NCBI RefSeq assembly: GCF_001949145.1
Contig: NW_019091358.1
Location: 3,404,535 to 3,468,534 of the forward strand
DNA from: Acanthaster planci
Lineage: Eukaryota
Direction of reading: 5' to 3'
Length of the DNA: 64,000 bases
Positions 37,901 to 51,100 of the stretch are shown one piece after another (within the stretch, counting starts at the first letter, position 1; each line of letters opens with the position of its first letter). The position numbers and the translations under genes were made by a program. The notes beneath the pieces were generated by a model. It saw only the letters and a program-made list of their open reading frames with translations, was not told the DNA's origin and did not search any database.

Positions 37901-38988
37901 GTATACATATGTATGAGTAAATAAATTGTTATTTGAGTACAAGGTCTTTATTGTTCCCAAATAGTGTATTCCGTAACTTCTTTCTTGTACTGTACATGCA
38001 CACGTAATACTGAAAACGGTTACTCAACGTAACTTTTTTATGGAAAAGGAAATATTTGTCGACCATAGCTTGTACTGGCAATTGGAGAATCTACTTGCAT
38101 GTCACTCAAAACTGACGCTTTCTGTAAAATTTTGGACAAAATTTATTTTATGTTGGCATGTGGTGGTGTTCATAGGACTAGTTATTTGTGAACACATTTG
38201 ACATGTACACGTGAATTGATGAAGTGTGAAGTAAATTACTGATTTGCCGTATCCCCCTTGAGCAGAAGCACCCCCTCATTGGTTGAAAAGAACTATGTTG
38301 GTAGGGAGTGTTCATGTTATTGGTCGCAACGCAACCTTAATGCGTGCATTTTGTAGTCGTTTGTAAACTGGTGAAGTGCAGTTTCCCCCAATATAGGAGC
38401 GTCCGTTGCAAGAAAAATTGCGCCTTCTCTTGGTCCAGCTTGGGGCTTATATCATACATAGTGAATGTAAGTAAACAAGGTAGCAGCATAATTCATTTAG
38501 CAATCCTCAATTCAAATTCAAGCCATATTTTTTCCATGAATATATTTTGCCCGCCTGAAGTGTTTTTTCCTTATGTTGATCTGTTACACGCTTGATGAAT
38601 TATACACGTGCAGTATAATATTGCGCTCACAGGCAAGTCCATCAACATGATCTTCATAAAAAGCTAAAAACATAATTGGTGTTGGAAAGCAGACAGCCTG
38701 CCAGCACCTTGTCCTGACTTTAACTTATTGTCAAAGTGTCATCTGTTGGCAATTCTTCTTTCGCAGCAGAAATAAGCCTGCGTTATTTCAAATTACCCCG
38801 TGTGAAGAGCTGCCGTGTGCAGTTTTTTTGTCATTAAGCTCTACTCCTTCATTACTTGGCTTGCTGTACATCGTCCCTTGAGTGCTGGCATGGTTTGCCT
38901 ATGTAAAAGCGCTCATGTACATGTATGTACATGCACAGGTACACTTGCGCTGGACCCTGGGAACTTGAATATTTTTCGCAGCCTGCTT

Positions 38989-39146
38989 CAGACCTGCCAA
39001 CCTAGCCATACTCCTTCCTGAGGTCGGGCATTACCACACAATAGATTAAAAGGTATTTAAAGGAGCCTTCAGTTCATTTAAATTTTTTAATCTATCGTGT
39101 GGTAATGCCTGACCTTAGGAAAGAGTATGGCATATTGGCAGGTCTT
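38989..39146. mobile_element. Hairpin MITE (hAT-like terminus CAGACCTGCCAA)
   Basis: ~70-bp arms are near-perfect inverted repeats; flanks share CTGCTT. Confidence 0.85.
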
Positions 39147-42100
39147 CTGCTTGTTGGAAGATTGTTTTTTGTTGAAAAATTTGTGTATTTAAATTTATCA
39201 TTTGTGCAAATCCATTGTTAATAAATTTTTTTTCCTTGCAGTCGTTAAAAACACAGGAAAAACCCGAGTAAAAAGCGAAAGAGAAACCTAAAGTAAAACA
39301 GTGGTAACAGGTGCCTGTACTTGTGCTGTAATTTACATGCACATGGAACACATACTTGTAGACGGTAAAACCAAACAAGCATACTGTACATGTATATGAT
39401 TTGCAGTGAATATGATGCCATTATTGAATGACAGACAAATACAGCGGACAGCTGTAATGAGTAATAACCCATGAGCCGTGAGGATGACGAATTGAACAAA
39501 ATATTACTGTGTGCAGTGCATGATCTGTATGGTGCATGACATGAAAGTGCATCGTCCGTGTACTTTTTAAGTTCCCAATTATACTGTGGTGTGAAAGCTT
39601 TGTATGCTTTGTAGACTTTATGAAATTATGGAATCAATTCTAACTCTGCTTAATTCACGTATATTGCAGTGGGTAATTACTTTTGGGGTTTGCCGATGCA
39701 TAACTGCCATTGGTGCATGGTTTGTCCCAAGTTGTAGTTACAAAAATGTGGCATGATGGATCGGCCACAAGGCCGTTATCTCTTGAAAGCTATGTTCACT
39801 ATTGATTGGCTTATGTTAGGGTCAGTGCACTCCTGCTATAGCAAAATTTGATATACATGTACATGGTACATGTAAGCAGGGCTGTGTGTATGTATTTGTA
39901 ATTTGTAGGTGCCTGAAATTTGACTCTGAAGAAACCGCTTCACAAGGGCACAGATGCCTTTTACCAATGTCAGTCTGAGGCTCTGTGAGTTAATGCATCT
40001 GTTTGCGAGTCACACAATATGTAAGACCATCAGATCATGCCATATGGTAAGAGGAAACTGAAGAGATATTGTATGCACTTCACAAAGAAGGTTGAAGTTT
40101 TTTATTTACGTGTACATTTTGAATCCTCATATACCACACATCACTGACATCCTGACATCCAATTAATTTCATAAATTAGCTCACTCTGGGGACGATAATC
40201 CCAGCAAAGCTGTGTAACAGATGGAACTCTTAGGTACGTGTACCGGTAGGAGAGTTATTGCGATGGAGGTTTTTCGAAGGGAATAAATAAGAACAATAAT
40301 AATGTGTCAATTTATATACATAGTGGCACAAACGTAACTGAAGGAAATTGCAATGCGCTTTATAAAAAAAAAAATCACCCAGGGCAACGGGTGTTAAATA
40401 AAGGCTCGTTATACAGTATTACATGTAAATCTAATTAAATAAAGAAAAACAAACAAAACAGTCAACAAATTCTTGACAAAAACAATTGCTTTCCTCGTCT
40501 TGAAAGCTAAAATGCTGACTTTCAGTATCAGTGTTAATATCGGGAGAATACCAGTATGAAAGCCTTTTAAAGAGAGTAAAGCCTGGCACATTACACATGC
40601 ACCATCCAACCCCCCCCCAAAAAAACTGAAGTGAAGTAACCAACAAACCAAACAAATATCAAGATAAATATAATTTCCTGCAACTTGCTTATAAGCTTAA
40701 AAGCTGACTTTGAGCAGAAGTGTTAGTATTTACATAATACATGTGAGCGTTAGCATTTTAAAGGGAATAAAGGCAAATTGTTCATTTTTAATCTAACAGT
40801 TTGAACAATGGCAGACAAACACAAAACAAAACACAAGATAAAATCTTGACCAAAACAATGGTTTCCCTACAACTTGAAGAAAAAGCCCCCAAGAAGCATA
40901 CTTCCTGCATCAGTGTTGGTATTTGTACCAGTAAATTTTATCAATACTGTCCATTAAGAAAATTGTGGCTTTGGCTTAGTTTGGTCCTGTACCAGCAGAT
41001 GTGTCACTAATGTTGCCAGGGGAGCATCCATTATGACTAAAGGACCTGGGCCATGCTTAACAAGCCAGCATCCCTGATTGGCCAGCCGAAGGGACCTGTT
41101 AGGCCCAGGGATTGGCTGGCCGTAATCCTAGAAGCATGTAATGGCACAATAGTCTCAAGTGTCTGAAGCTCCCCCCCCCACTCCCAGCACTGCTGCACAG
41201 CTGAGCTCAGTGGCCGACCAACCAAGCCAAGCCGACACACTGCACACTCTCAATGAATAATGCAGTACTGGATGGCTTGACGCTATTTGTGAACAGCCAT
41301 TAACAGAAGCCAGCGGCTACAGGGGATTCATTTCTCTTCACTCTCTCACCCCTCTTTCTCTCGGTTTTTTTTTTTTTTCTTGAGAGAGAGAGTTAGTGCG
41401 TCTTAGAGTTGTTGGTTTATTGGACACTGCTGAGGTGATTTCATTGTTAATCAGCTTGTAGTGGGGTAATTGAACCAAGAGGTTTACCATATCATAAGGT
41501 TTGCCTGGCATCAAGGCTGAGGAGGCTAAAAATGTGGTTGGGGGGCTTGAGCAATAGTAATGCCAGTATATCATATCAGGAAGCTTGTGTATGAACAAGG
41601 ATCGAGTTTCACTCACAAGTGTCTTTGTTTAAATTTGTCAGTGGCTGTCTGCTAGGGATTTTTTTGTGTCCACTAAAAAAGTAAATGTGTCCCTTTGTAC
41701 CTGTATTTAGAGTCTGGGATTGATTCAGAAAGGGAAAGTCGGTAGTCAGGGTCGTTCTTTTCTCTTCGTTCTTGTCATTCTTTGTGTTGTTTTTTTTTCT
41801 TTGTTTTGTTTGTTCCTTTTTTTCTTCATCTTGAAGCAAGCATTTTGTATGTGCAGAAAGACAGTAGTCAACTGTGCTCAACATGAAAGTACATTCAAAC
41901 ACCCTTAAAACAGATTGAATTGCTATAAAACGTATATATCTGTTTTATCTTTGTCATGCATGGTATAATTCCTTATAATTCCTTATAATTGAGAATGTCA
42001 TAAACATGAAACCTTCAAAACTTGAAAGTTTAAAACAAACTGAAACTGAAAGCAATTTGGCCAATTGTAGTCAAATGTGTGATGATATAATTTTAAAGAA

Positions 42101-43208
42101 GTTTGGAAACGAGCCTTCTAAACACCATGTAAATTGTATAGCCATTGGGCATTTCAACTGCAGTTTGTTTATTCTGCTTTCAATTAAGATTTCTTTGGGG
42201 GGGGTGATACACACAATTGGTTCATATCCAATAGCCTTGAAAGAGCACACAAAAAAAACCCAGCCTGGACAAAGATGAAATTTATAATAAAGTAAACACA
42301 TGGTCGGTATGGTGAGCAACCTCAACTCAACAGACAGCTCTCATAAAGTGACAGGATACCAGGGGATATAATGGCCCAGTTGATGTGGATTTGATTGCAA
42401 ACAAATCATCCCCACAAGCCAGCTGGCTTTTTTTCTCTCTCTCAGGGAGCCATCATTATCCCTAATTGAATTAGCCATTTAGTCCAGGCAAAAGAGTTGC
42501 TGTCTAGGGTGTGTGCCCCTGCGTAAATCACTCAGCCTGCATTCAAGGTTGTCTCTGGCCCTTTTACTCCTTATTTTGATTGTCTCCCTCTCCTGCCTGC
42601 TGGAGAGATATCCCTGGTCCCTGTACTCGGTATCATGGAGCCCTGCGCTTCACAACATGAATCATGTATCTAGTGATTCATTTTTGTCATGACTTTACAG
42701 AATTTGACTCAGTCCAGGTTGTTGGGTTTTTTTTCCTCTCGGAGGGACATGTATGTATATGAACAGTTGTGAAAATTGTGTATGAATGTTCTCTGTCAAT
42801 TACCCTTTCCAAAAAAAATAAAGTGATTTGTTACTGTGGAATGACTCAGCCATCTCATGTTTAAGTTGTTAATAATTTGGCCCGAGGCAGTGCACCACAT
42901 ACATGCACGTACTGATTTATCATGATAGCAAAATGTCTTTTTCGTGTATGTGCTTTTTTCTTAACGCTTAAAGACACTCTTGGACCGATGTCAACTGATA
43001 CAGTTTATATGTTGTATAGGAATTCCTTCTATTAATTTCAGGGATGCATTTTGAGGGGTTCACTTTGCTGCATCTCTTCTAAAACATAATTGTACTAGCA
43101 ACTCTCAGGTAATCTGGTATGGCTTGCTGTGATACCACATAGGGATAATTTCTGACAATAACCAGAGCATGTGTCTACACATTGATCTCAAAGCACCAGT
43201 TTTCCCAA

Positions 43209-43410
43209 TGTGACATTTTTGTGTCCCTGTTACACACAGCCTGTGTGCTTTGACATGAAAATATCATTACATTGACTTCAAACTATTTCAGTTTTGGGCA
43301 GTTAATTTGCATTACTTAATCACTCTGTGAAATTAAACAATATATCCAAATTATATGTCAGATGTGGCAGGGTCACAAAAACAGTGGACTCCAAATTTGT
43401 AGAATGACCC
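43209..43410 (-). mobile_element. MITE family 'GGGTAATTCC', old truncated copy 4
   Basis: TGTGACATTTTTGTGTCCCTGTTAC ... TGGACTCCAAATTTGTAGAATGACCC is collinear with copy 3; left TIR lost. Confidence 0.7.
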
Positions 43411-44248
43411 TCATGCCGAGTTTCAAGTTTTATTAGAATATCTGAGAAACAAGGCTCAGATTGAAAATCTTGACAGTATGTGCATGTGTGGGCTTTTGTG
43501 AGGTGAGAGAGATCTTCCACGTAAAAGAGATGCCTATGGGTCTGGGTCTGAATCTTCGACAGTGGAGACTGACTTGTAAGGTCCATTACATGGCAAGGTT
43601 AATTGAGGAACTTCCACACAAAAGCGTTGAAGATGGGGAAATACACATATATTTGTACATCTAGCAGTATTGGACTTCCAAATGTTCAACTCTTCAAAGT
43701 TTCCTTTTAGAATGTGAAAGCACTGTAAGGCAGCTCCTGCAGCAGTTACGGTACTTAACAGTAGCTAACGTACATGTGTATGTTTCAACGACATAATCAT
43801 GGACACTTTCAGTCAGACTCAACTAAACATTGCCTACATATTGCCAGCAATTATCATGTGCAAAAATTGAACCGTGGCTGTAATGAATCCAAGGTGTCTG
43901 TTGAGTGAGCTGGTGAGTAGAGACTAAGTTGGACCGAAGCTACAAAGCCAACATTTTGGATTCCTTTATGTACATGTACTGGTACATATTACTTCAGGCG
44001 TGACTAATTGGCTTGGGTGTCAGGCAAGCGAATAGTATGTTCATCATGTCCGCATGCATGCGTCATAAATTGTCACTATAACATGCATGTGTTGGCCTAT
44101 TAAAAGCCCAGGATGGCCACCATGTACCTGGTTTGCATAACATGGGGTTGTTTCCAGGAACAAGACGTCAGCCTCACTATATGTACGCGTACATCTTTTC
44201 AGATCAAACTTGCGTGTACTAGTTGGTTATAAATTTTAAAAGTAAAAC

Positions 44249-44329
44249 ACATTCCAAAGACAGCTCAGTAATTGATAATGGCTATGTGACATTCCAAGGA
44301 CAGCTTATCCATTGATAATGGCTATGTGA
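44249..44329. repeat. 40-bp tandem duplication
   Basis: ACATTCCAA(A/G)GACAGCT.....ATTGATAATGGCTATGTG x2. Confidence 0.85.
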
Positions 44330-45747
44330 TTCATGTACATGTATGTACATGTATCAGAGGGCACAGCTGTGAATCAAATGCTTACCTGTAAATCACATGA
44401 TAACATGATAATTAATACTAGTTCATATCCCCGGTACAGTACTGGGCACATGTATTTTAATATTACTCCGAGTGTGGTTACGGTATGTGAGTGCAATTGC
44501 ACGTATAAAAAGGCTGTGTAAACAATGAAACAAACACATGACCAACAGTGCTCAACTGGAATACCCAGCATTCAAAAGTCGTCACACGTTGTGCACTGTG
44601 AAATTATTGTCCCAGCCTTCAATTTGTGCCTGTCCACTCAATTTAGGAATGAGCTTGAGAACTGTTGATGCAAATTGTCCCGGCTTGTTGGCGGCTTGTG
44701 TTTTTGAGGACCGTAAGGAGCCAGCCGGCTTGGTGCGTTGTATTGTTTACGCATTATTGCCTGATGAAGTACCGTAGTATCGCTACAGTTGCGCAAGGTA
44801 GTTTTATTTTGACAGTTGACATGACGTGGTGCTGGCCACCTGTCCTGAGGACAGGCAAAAACAATTTTGGACAGGCAGTTTTTTGCTTGCAAAGAATTCA
44901 CTAACTCCCCCTTCCCCTTTTGCTCAGAAATCGTAAACACTTGCGACTAAAGCTTTCATATTTCTTCCAGAAAATTGAGCATAATGGCAATATGGGCCGA
45001 AATTCATTGTAGCACCAAGGGAAATCTTTTTTTTTTTTCAAACATTAAAATTTCATGTAGTTTTTAATCTTTGTTGAGAAAGAATGGGCAGATAAGCCTA
45101 GATGAAACCCCAGCACTGACTACTGTCTTGCTCTCAAATTTTTACCGGCACAGTTTCTTTGACGTTCTACATGTAGAAAGCAGAAAAAGTTGCTCATCTG
45201 TCTTACATGTAGATGTTGAAGCAAAAATTAGCTGGTGGGAACCAGTCATACTGGTGTATAGGCAGTATGTAAAGCATGACATTTTGCCTGGTAACCTGAC
45301 TTTCCTGAGTAAATATTTTTGATGCTTAGGCTGAACCATGAGATAAGGTCCCAGCATTTTACGAGGCTTTAATTGTCAGGACATTTTTTTTCTCAATTCG
45401 AGGAAACCTGTAAATCTAATTAGTACATGTACATGTAGCCTACCACCCTTATACCCAAATTTACGAGCTGTACCAGTATTTCTGTACTTCAATATGAGAA
45501 GTACCAGTACATGTGCGTAACATGCACTTAAAAACACTCTTTAGCCCATGTTACACATGTTGGCTGTCATGGGCAATTAAACTTAGGCATTCTGCATAAC
45601 GTTGCTACATGTGTAGCATGAATAAATTTGGAAGCTTTGTTTGCAGATTCAGTCTGGTTGAAATGAGGCTTGGGATTTTCATGTTTACTATCAAGTATGC
45701 TGCCAATTCCCAAGGTTCATCAGTCAGTAAATAATCTATGTTACTGA

Positions 45748-45874
45748 TATAGAGGGTTTGCATGGCTGCCATCTTGCATGCCTGTGCTTTTATTCAAAGG
45801 GTTGGCACAAAGTGGGTTTCTCTTTGGAACAAAGGAGCAGCCCTGCAAGATGGCTATCACGTAAAATCTCTATA
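45748..45874. mobile_element. Small palindromic MITE
   Basis: TATAGAGGGTTTGCATGGCTGCCATCTTGCA / TGCAAGATGGCTATCACGTAAAATCTCTATA inverted termini. Confidence 0.7.
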
Positions 45875-48011
45875 GACCAGAGAAATTCCATGAGCCAAAT
45901 GATCACCGATGTCCTGCCCTAAGTGCCAGATTGAATTGTCGTCAAATTATAAAATCAGTGAAAGGTTTAGAGAAGCAACAATTGAGCATTGTTTGAATCG
46001 CACCGTACTGTCGCATCCGTGAACTGCATTTCAAGAACTGTTTTCCCTGAATCACCTTGATCCTTAAATAGGGGTTTTCCTGTGCTGAATTCCTCTTGTG
46101 AAAGTGTGGTTTGTGTCATGATGCAGGAGTGTGCAATTGTAAAATGAGGAAGTGCAAAAAATGTTAACATACAGTACATGTACATGCAGGGTGCGCATGT
46201 AATGGGGATTGGGGACCATACGGTGGGTTTCTTAATGCTTCAAGTTATACACATGCCGCTTACTGAATTACTCATTATGTTGCTTGAACTGGTTCATTCT
46301 CAAACTTTGTCAATGATTTTGAAGCAGTTGTTCAATAATGGCATAGTGACCTTATTCTTCTGCCTGCTTTGAGTTTGGCCGTGCATTTCTTACAGTACCT
46401 GTGACCTGGATCCGAGCAGACTTGATCCAGATTGGTCATTCCGTGATGCACTGGAATGCATGTACTAGTGCTTTTTCCTTTGGAGACAGCACATTTCAAA
46501 AATATTCAAGTAGTCAGGACCCAAAAAAATTTATGAATCTTGACTTTCCTAACAAAAGAGACTGCCCCTTTAATGCAGCAATGGCCTGGGCATTAGTACT
46601 AAATGTACTACCGGTGCCAACTCATTGAGTACTAACTACATGTATTTCAAGAGTTGGCGTCATGCGTCCCTTAGTACATTAAAAATGCAGCACTGTACAT
46701 GTACAACCCACTTTGAATTTTTGAACAGCCCATGTGTGTTAAGTGTTATCCCACTTGCAGTTGCACTCACGGCAACATAGAATGAACAATAAAAGACATA
46801 CATGTATGGAAGGCCAACCAAGCCACCATTATGACACTGCTGACCTAAGTTTTACTTCATCATGTTGGATTACACACATATCAGTGTTGACACCACGATG
46901 GCATTCCTGTCACAGAGATTGGATTGCATTGCCTGTCCGGTAACTGTGTTCCAACCTTTGATGTTTTTGGCCTTTCACGTTTCTATAAAACTTGCGAGTT
47001 ACATGTACAGTACATGTAGTCAGGTTAGTGAGGTAGTCGTTGATGGTACATTACTTAATTGCAACGGTGCCTGAAAGAGAAATCTGTGGAAGAAAAATGG
47101 CCCAACTTCTATCACTCATGATGCTCACGATGAACAGTATATGCACACACATGTGCCTCATCTTCCTGCACACACTGTGTACACATCATGCGTACCCCCA
47201 TTGGTACGTGTCAACAGGCTGGGCGGAAAATGATGAGTAAATTGATGGGGGGAATTAGGGCATGGGTGCAAGTGATAAAAGCTGTTGGTTAGAATGTGAC
47301 CTTTGAAGTTGGTCGTAACAACATCAATCAACCTGCACTTACAGGATGCTCATACTTGTATGTGTATGTACATAACAGGGCCAATGGCAGATGTGTCTGG
47401 TGTCTGTACACAGTGCATATCTTAGGTTTACTTGAATTTTTGAATTCCAGAGCATAATTGTCAGTTTATTAAAGACCGTGTCGCCCTCAGATTTTGCTCC
47501 AAATAGTTTTACCTTTTTTGTTGGCCTTGAAATTGAAAATGAAAAGTAACAAACAGCATTAAAGAGTTAACCGATCCCGATTTTCAGTATTGGCTTGTGT
47601 TACAATGTATTTCAGGTAAAAAAAAATGTTTCTTTTCCAGTTAATATCAATACATGTGTAGATTATCAAAATTGGTCAGATGGAGTAAAGGTTGGTCAGC
47701 CATCCCGACCATTACCATTCCTTTGGAATGCGAGGCTCCTCAACAAAAAAAAAAGTGAAATGACTTTTAACCTCCTTTTGACCACCAATGAAGCTGTACA
47801 TAAATGTTGACCTTTATTAGTCAACTTTGGTTGCCCGAAGGCAAGAGCTAAAGGAAATTCTGCCCTGGTTTTTACATTTTGAAAGGTTCTAGGCCTACTC
47901 TTAACCCCCCCTAAGAATGAGGGAGTGTTCCTGCTAATTAAGGTGAATTTTCTTTCAAAGTTCAAAAGGCATGCTAGTTGTGGCATTGTAAATACGGGTG
48001 ATTCACAGTAA

Positions 48012-48145
48012 TGCGCCTCCAAGAGTTTGCAACGCGTTGGCCAGTCATAATGCACGAAATCTGTCAACCCAATGAGCGTTTGGAAATGGTCGATAGATTT
48101 TGCGCATTGTGATTGGCCAAGGCCTTGCAAACTCTAAAAGGTGTA
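48012..48145. mobile_element. Hairpin MITE
   Basis: AGAGTTTGCAACGCGTTGGCCAGTCATAATGCACGAAATCTGTC pairs with GATAGATTTTGCGCATTGTGATTGGCCAAGGCCTTGCAAACTCT. Confidence 0.8.
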
Positions 48146-51100
48146 CTGTTGTGAATTGCTGGTGTTGATTTAGGTTGCATTGGAGGCAATCAGTTTTGGC
48201 TCCTCAGGAAGGAGTTGAGGTTGCTCCAGGCAACCGGGCAGCTGTTAATTTCACACTCTTGGACGCTACATTTAAAAAGGCTTACGCCTTCCATCCTGTT
48301 TTTGAAGGATGGAACAAGTTTGTGTTTCTCCACCCTAAGGACATTTTAGTCTTGGCAGACCACGGTGTGCTGACATAACAGGAAGGATCCACGGTCCCCT
48401 GCTCACCGGTTCCCTCTTTATCGGGATATGGGATCATTGTCTTCATCATTTTCAGCTGACTGCCTCGTAACCTCGAGTGAAACCTGTGCCTCCGCAATCG
48501 ATGTCACTAAGCCGAGTGTCTGATCCGGAAACCGCTGTTGTCTGTTTCTGACGGCACTGGTCTCTTTTGGCTCACCACACCCTTGCCTATCCATCATACC
48601 CTTTTCCCTCTGTGGCTCAACTTGAAATCTGAACTTATTGAAGCCTTTTTCAGAGGTGGGGGAAAACAGTCTGGGTGCTTTGCTAACTGTTGATGCCACA
48701 GCAGACTGTTTATGCTATCTGACAGCGTTTGATTCCCTGTTTTCTATCCGTTATGTATACGGTAGGAACAAGAGACGGTGTGTTTTTCCTTGGGAACAAC
48801 ATCCCTTTGATGAGATCTGAGCACATGTGTGCACAACAGTTTATGAGTGCGCAGGACCTGTTCACATTTGTCCAACCAGCCTTTCTCTTCTTTGCCGGCG
48901 AGGGGGTGTTTCTAGTCAGTGCAGATTTACCCATTCTTGGCAAAAATGAAGTTGGAAAAAGGGGCGTTGAGTACTTGTACTGTACCTTACATGTAAATCA
49001 CTGTGCTGTCACAGCCAAGGGTTAATTCTGTATTCTTTTCTGTACTTTTAATCTGAAACATTTTTGCAACTTTGCATGGACATACTTGTAAATGTACCGG
49101 TGCGGTTTGTATGCGAGGAAATGGCTCACGGACAAGGGGGCAGCTGTTGTACCTGATTGGACAGAGGCAGGGAGCTTTTTTCCAACCAAGCAATGATCTC
49201 CCTTGGATTAACACACCACGTCTGCATTTTGTTGCAGGCATCTGGCATCAGTTTTGCACATCTGTAACGTCTGTCTGGGCATTTGACTGTTGCCCCAGTC
49301 TTTCTCTTTTGTGTTGCATTGGTGAGGGAGTGCTTGTGCATAGTGTAGAAAGCAAGGTACATGTCCATGACGGACTAGTGGAACATGTCCTCTTGAAGAA
49401 ACTGCAGTACATGGATGTACTTGATTTTCTTCATTTATGATACCTCATTGTTCCTTATTATTATCAATGTAAGTTAAGAGTATTAGATCAAAAGAAGCAA
49501 AGATGCAGAAAAAGGTAGTCATTCATAGTTTGGTACTGGTACGTGTTGTTACTGAAAGCGACTCTGCAAAATTGGAGGTTTTGTATATCCATGGAAATTA
49601 TAGCCTAGTCACGACATTCCACCCCTAGCTAGCACAAATACGGCATTAGGGATTAGTGCATGTACATATACTTGTATGGTTCAACTTATTCCTACTTTTC
49701 GGGGGGTCATCTTAAAAAAAGAAAGAAACCTGTCAGTCTCCTTTGTTAAACCTCCATACGCCGAAGATGAATGGCAGGAAACAATGGCGTACTTGACAGC
49801 CTCTTCTACTAGACCTATTCCGGAAGCCAACTTCACATTTCATTTGTTAACATTGGGAGTCTGGCATCTGTAAGACATTTCCTCGTACACGACCGTGGGT
49901 GGGGCCTTCTCTCGTAGCGTCCCACACCGGGACCTTGTCAAAACATAATCACCTTTGTGCAAATGCTATGAAGAATCCTTCATCTCTCCCCTCCCCCCCC
50001 CTTGTTGGCAGAGTTCTCTTATTAAGATGGGTTGTCACGGAGGGAATATCTCATGGATGTTTCCTGGAGAGCTGTTACCATCCAGGGGAATGCTTCAGCA
50101 GCATATTTTGATCTCACTTCTCCAGATGTGTTGCAAAAAAGTAGGTCATCTGTAATAATGCCTGGTACTGTACATGTACCTGAAGTTAGCCTGATATTTT
50201 ACAGGGTTGGATTTCTCAGAAGTTATTCCAGTTTGGGGATTTTTGAGCAAAAATTTTTGGAATTGTTAGAGGTTGAATCATGCAGGCATTACTCTTCCCT
50301 TTTTCTTCTTTGTTTTTCAAAACAAAAAAACAAGCGCAGTGTTCACATACGTAAACACGTACAGTGTACATGTATGTGCATAAGTCATAGCCATTTGTGA
50401 GAGAACACTTGTCTTGGCAACTTTTGAAAGCCCTGAAAAAGCACCATATTTTATTGCTGTCAGTGCCACAGCCCCTCTGCTGGTTATTCCTTCATCTCCC
50501 AAATTTGACCTCTGCGGTTCCATTGTTGGCTGTATGGTTACATTTGACAGGAAATGGCCCTTGACAACTGTATCATGTGTAACAGTAGTGTTTCCTCATT
50601 AGGTCACCCATAAAGTAAGTCCAAGCATTTTGTGGTTTATGTTGAGTTGTATGTAAGTAGTCCAGCAATTGTCAGAGAAGATATTTCCATCTTTTATAAC
50701 AGTACTTTTGTGAATTTCATTAACTGCTATCAAACTCGAAACTATCTTATCAACTAAAGAAATTTAAATCACACGGTTATGAATTTATGTACCGGTACAT
50801 GTTCATTAAATTAAAGATATGAACTTGATTTTTCTTAATCATTTCAGGATATGATATGGCATGGTGTGTTTACAGGGATATGTTGGGATATGCAGACTGC
50901 AGAGTATACTGTGGTACACTGTACATGTAAGGAGAGGTATTGTACCAACAGAACAAGTTGATAGGAAGGGAAACCTTTGCTGACAAGGAGAGAAACAAGG
51001 AGAGAAATAAGGAGCTGTGCTGCAAAGAGAGAGTATCGTACTGTGGTCACGTATAAGTGTTTTCATCCTTTAGAGAGAATTTCTCATTTCAGCTAAGCAC

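Noticed and set aside
47029..47074. let-7-like seed TGAGGTAG at the base of a small hairpin
   Set aside because: Only the first 9 nt match let-7, the hairpin is too short and imperfect for a pre-miRNA, and no miR-100/miR-125 neighbours are visible.
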